A stretch of DNA of 64,000 bases from Eledone cirrhosa (Eukaryota), in assembly GCA_964016885.1 (NCBI GenBank), contig OZ024757.1, positions 22,506,001 through 22,570,000 on the forward strand, read 5' to 3'. Under the pieces are notes generated by a model. That model saw nothing but the letters and a program-made list of their open reading frames with translations. It made no database searches and was not told the origin of the DNA. How positions within the stretch are numbered: position 1 is the stretch's first letter; the number at the start of each line of letters is the position of its first letter. The translations under genes and the position numbers were made by a program. Shown here piece after piece: positions 63,857-64,000 of this stretch.

Positions 63857-64000
63857 CACACACACATATATATGTGTGTGTGTGAGGGCATATATATATG
63901 TATATATATATAACGAAGGAAATGGGGTAAGGAACCAGGTGGACCATAACGCACCAGAGTATTCAATACTTAGGGTAGGAGAGTGGGTAATAGGAACAAG

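Overview
AT-rich, non-coding eukaryotic DNA made almost entirely of repeats. The SINE and LINE repertoire and the extreme microsatellite density fit an octopus (coleoid cephalopod) genome; this is from my recollection of such repeats and was not verified by a search. I cannot support any host protein-coding exon, rRNA, true tRNA or CRISPR array, and almost all listed ORFs are translations of micro- or minisatellites. The window holds: at least four tRNA-derived SINE families (my labels A, B, D, E); 5'-truncated LINE ends of several clades (RTE, RTE-X-like, Tx1/L1-like, CRE-like, Penelope-like); TTAA-flanked piggyBac-type, hAT-type, Tc1-type and Helitron-type non-autonomous elements; and long minisatellites with 27, 36, 40, 52, 65, 72, 73, 88, about 140 and 309 bp units. 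Main points of interest: (i) several minimal type-I hammerhead ribozyme motifs with palindromic stem III, one complete copy lying inside a 100-bp-arm inverted repeat, linked to Penelope-like remnants and fold-back palindromes; (ii) a SINE and its likely partner LINE, both visible in the window; (iii) minisatellites seeded from SINE heads or tails; (iv) signs of microsatellite-directed insertion (SINE-B into ATT, Tx1-like elements into GATA). Coordinates were read by eye and may be off by a few bases.
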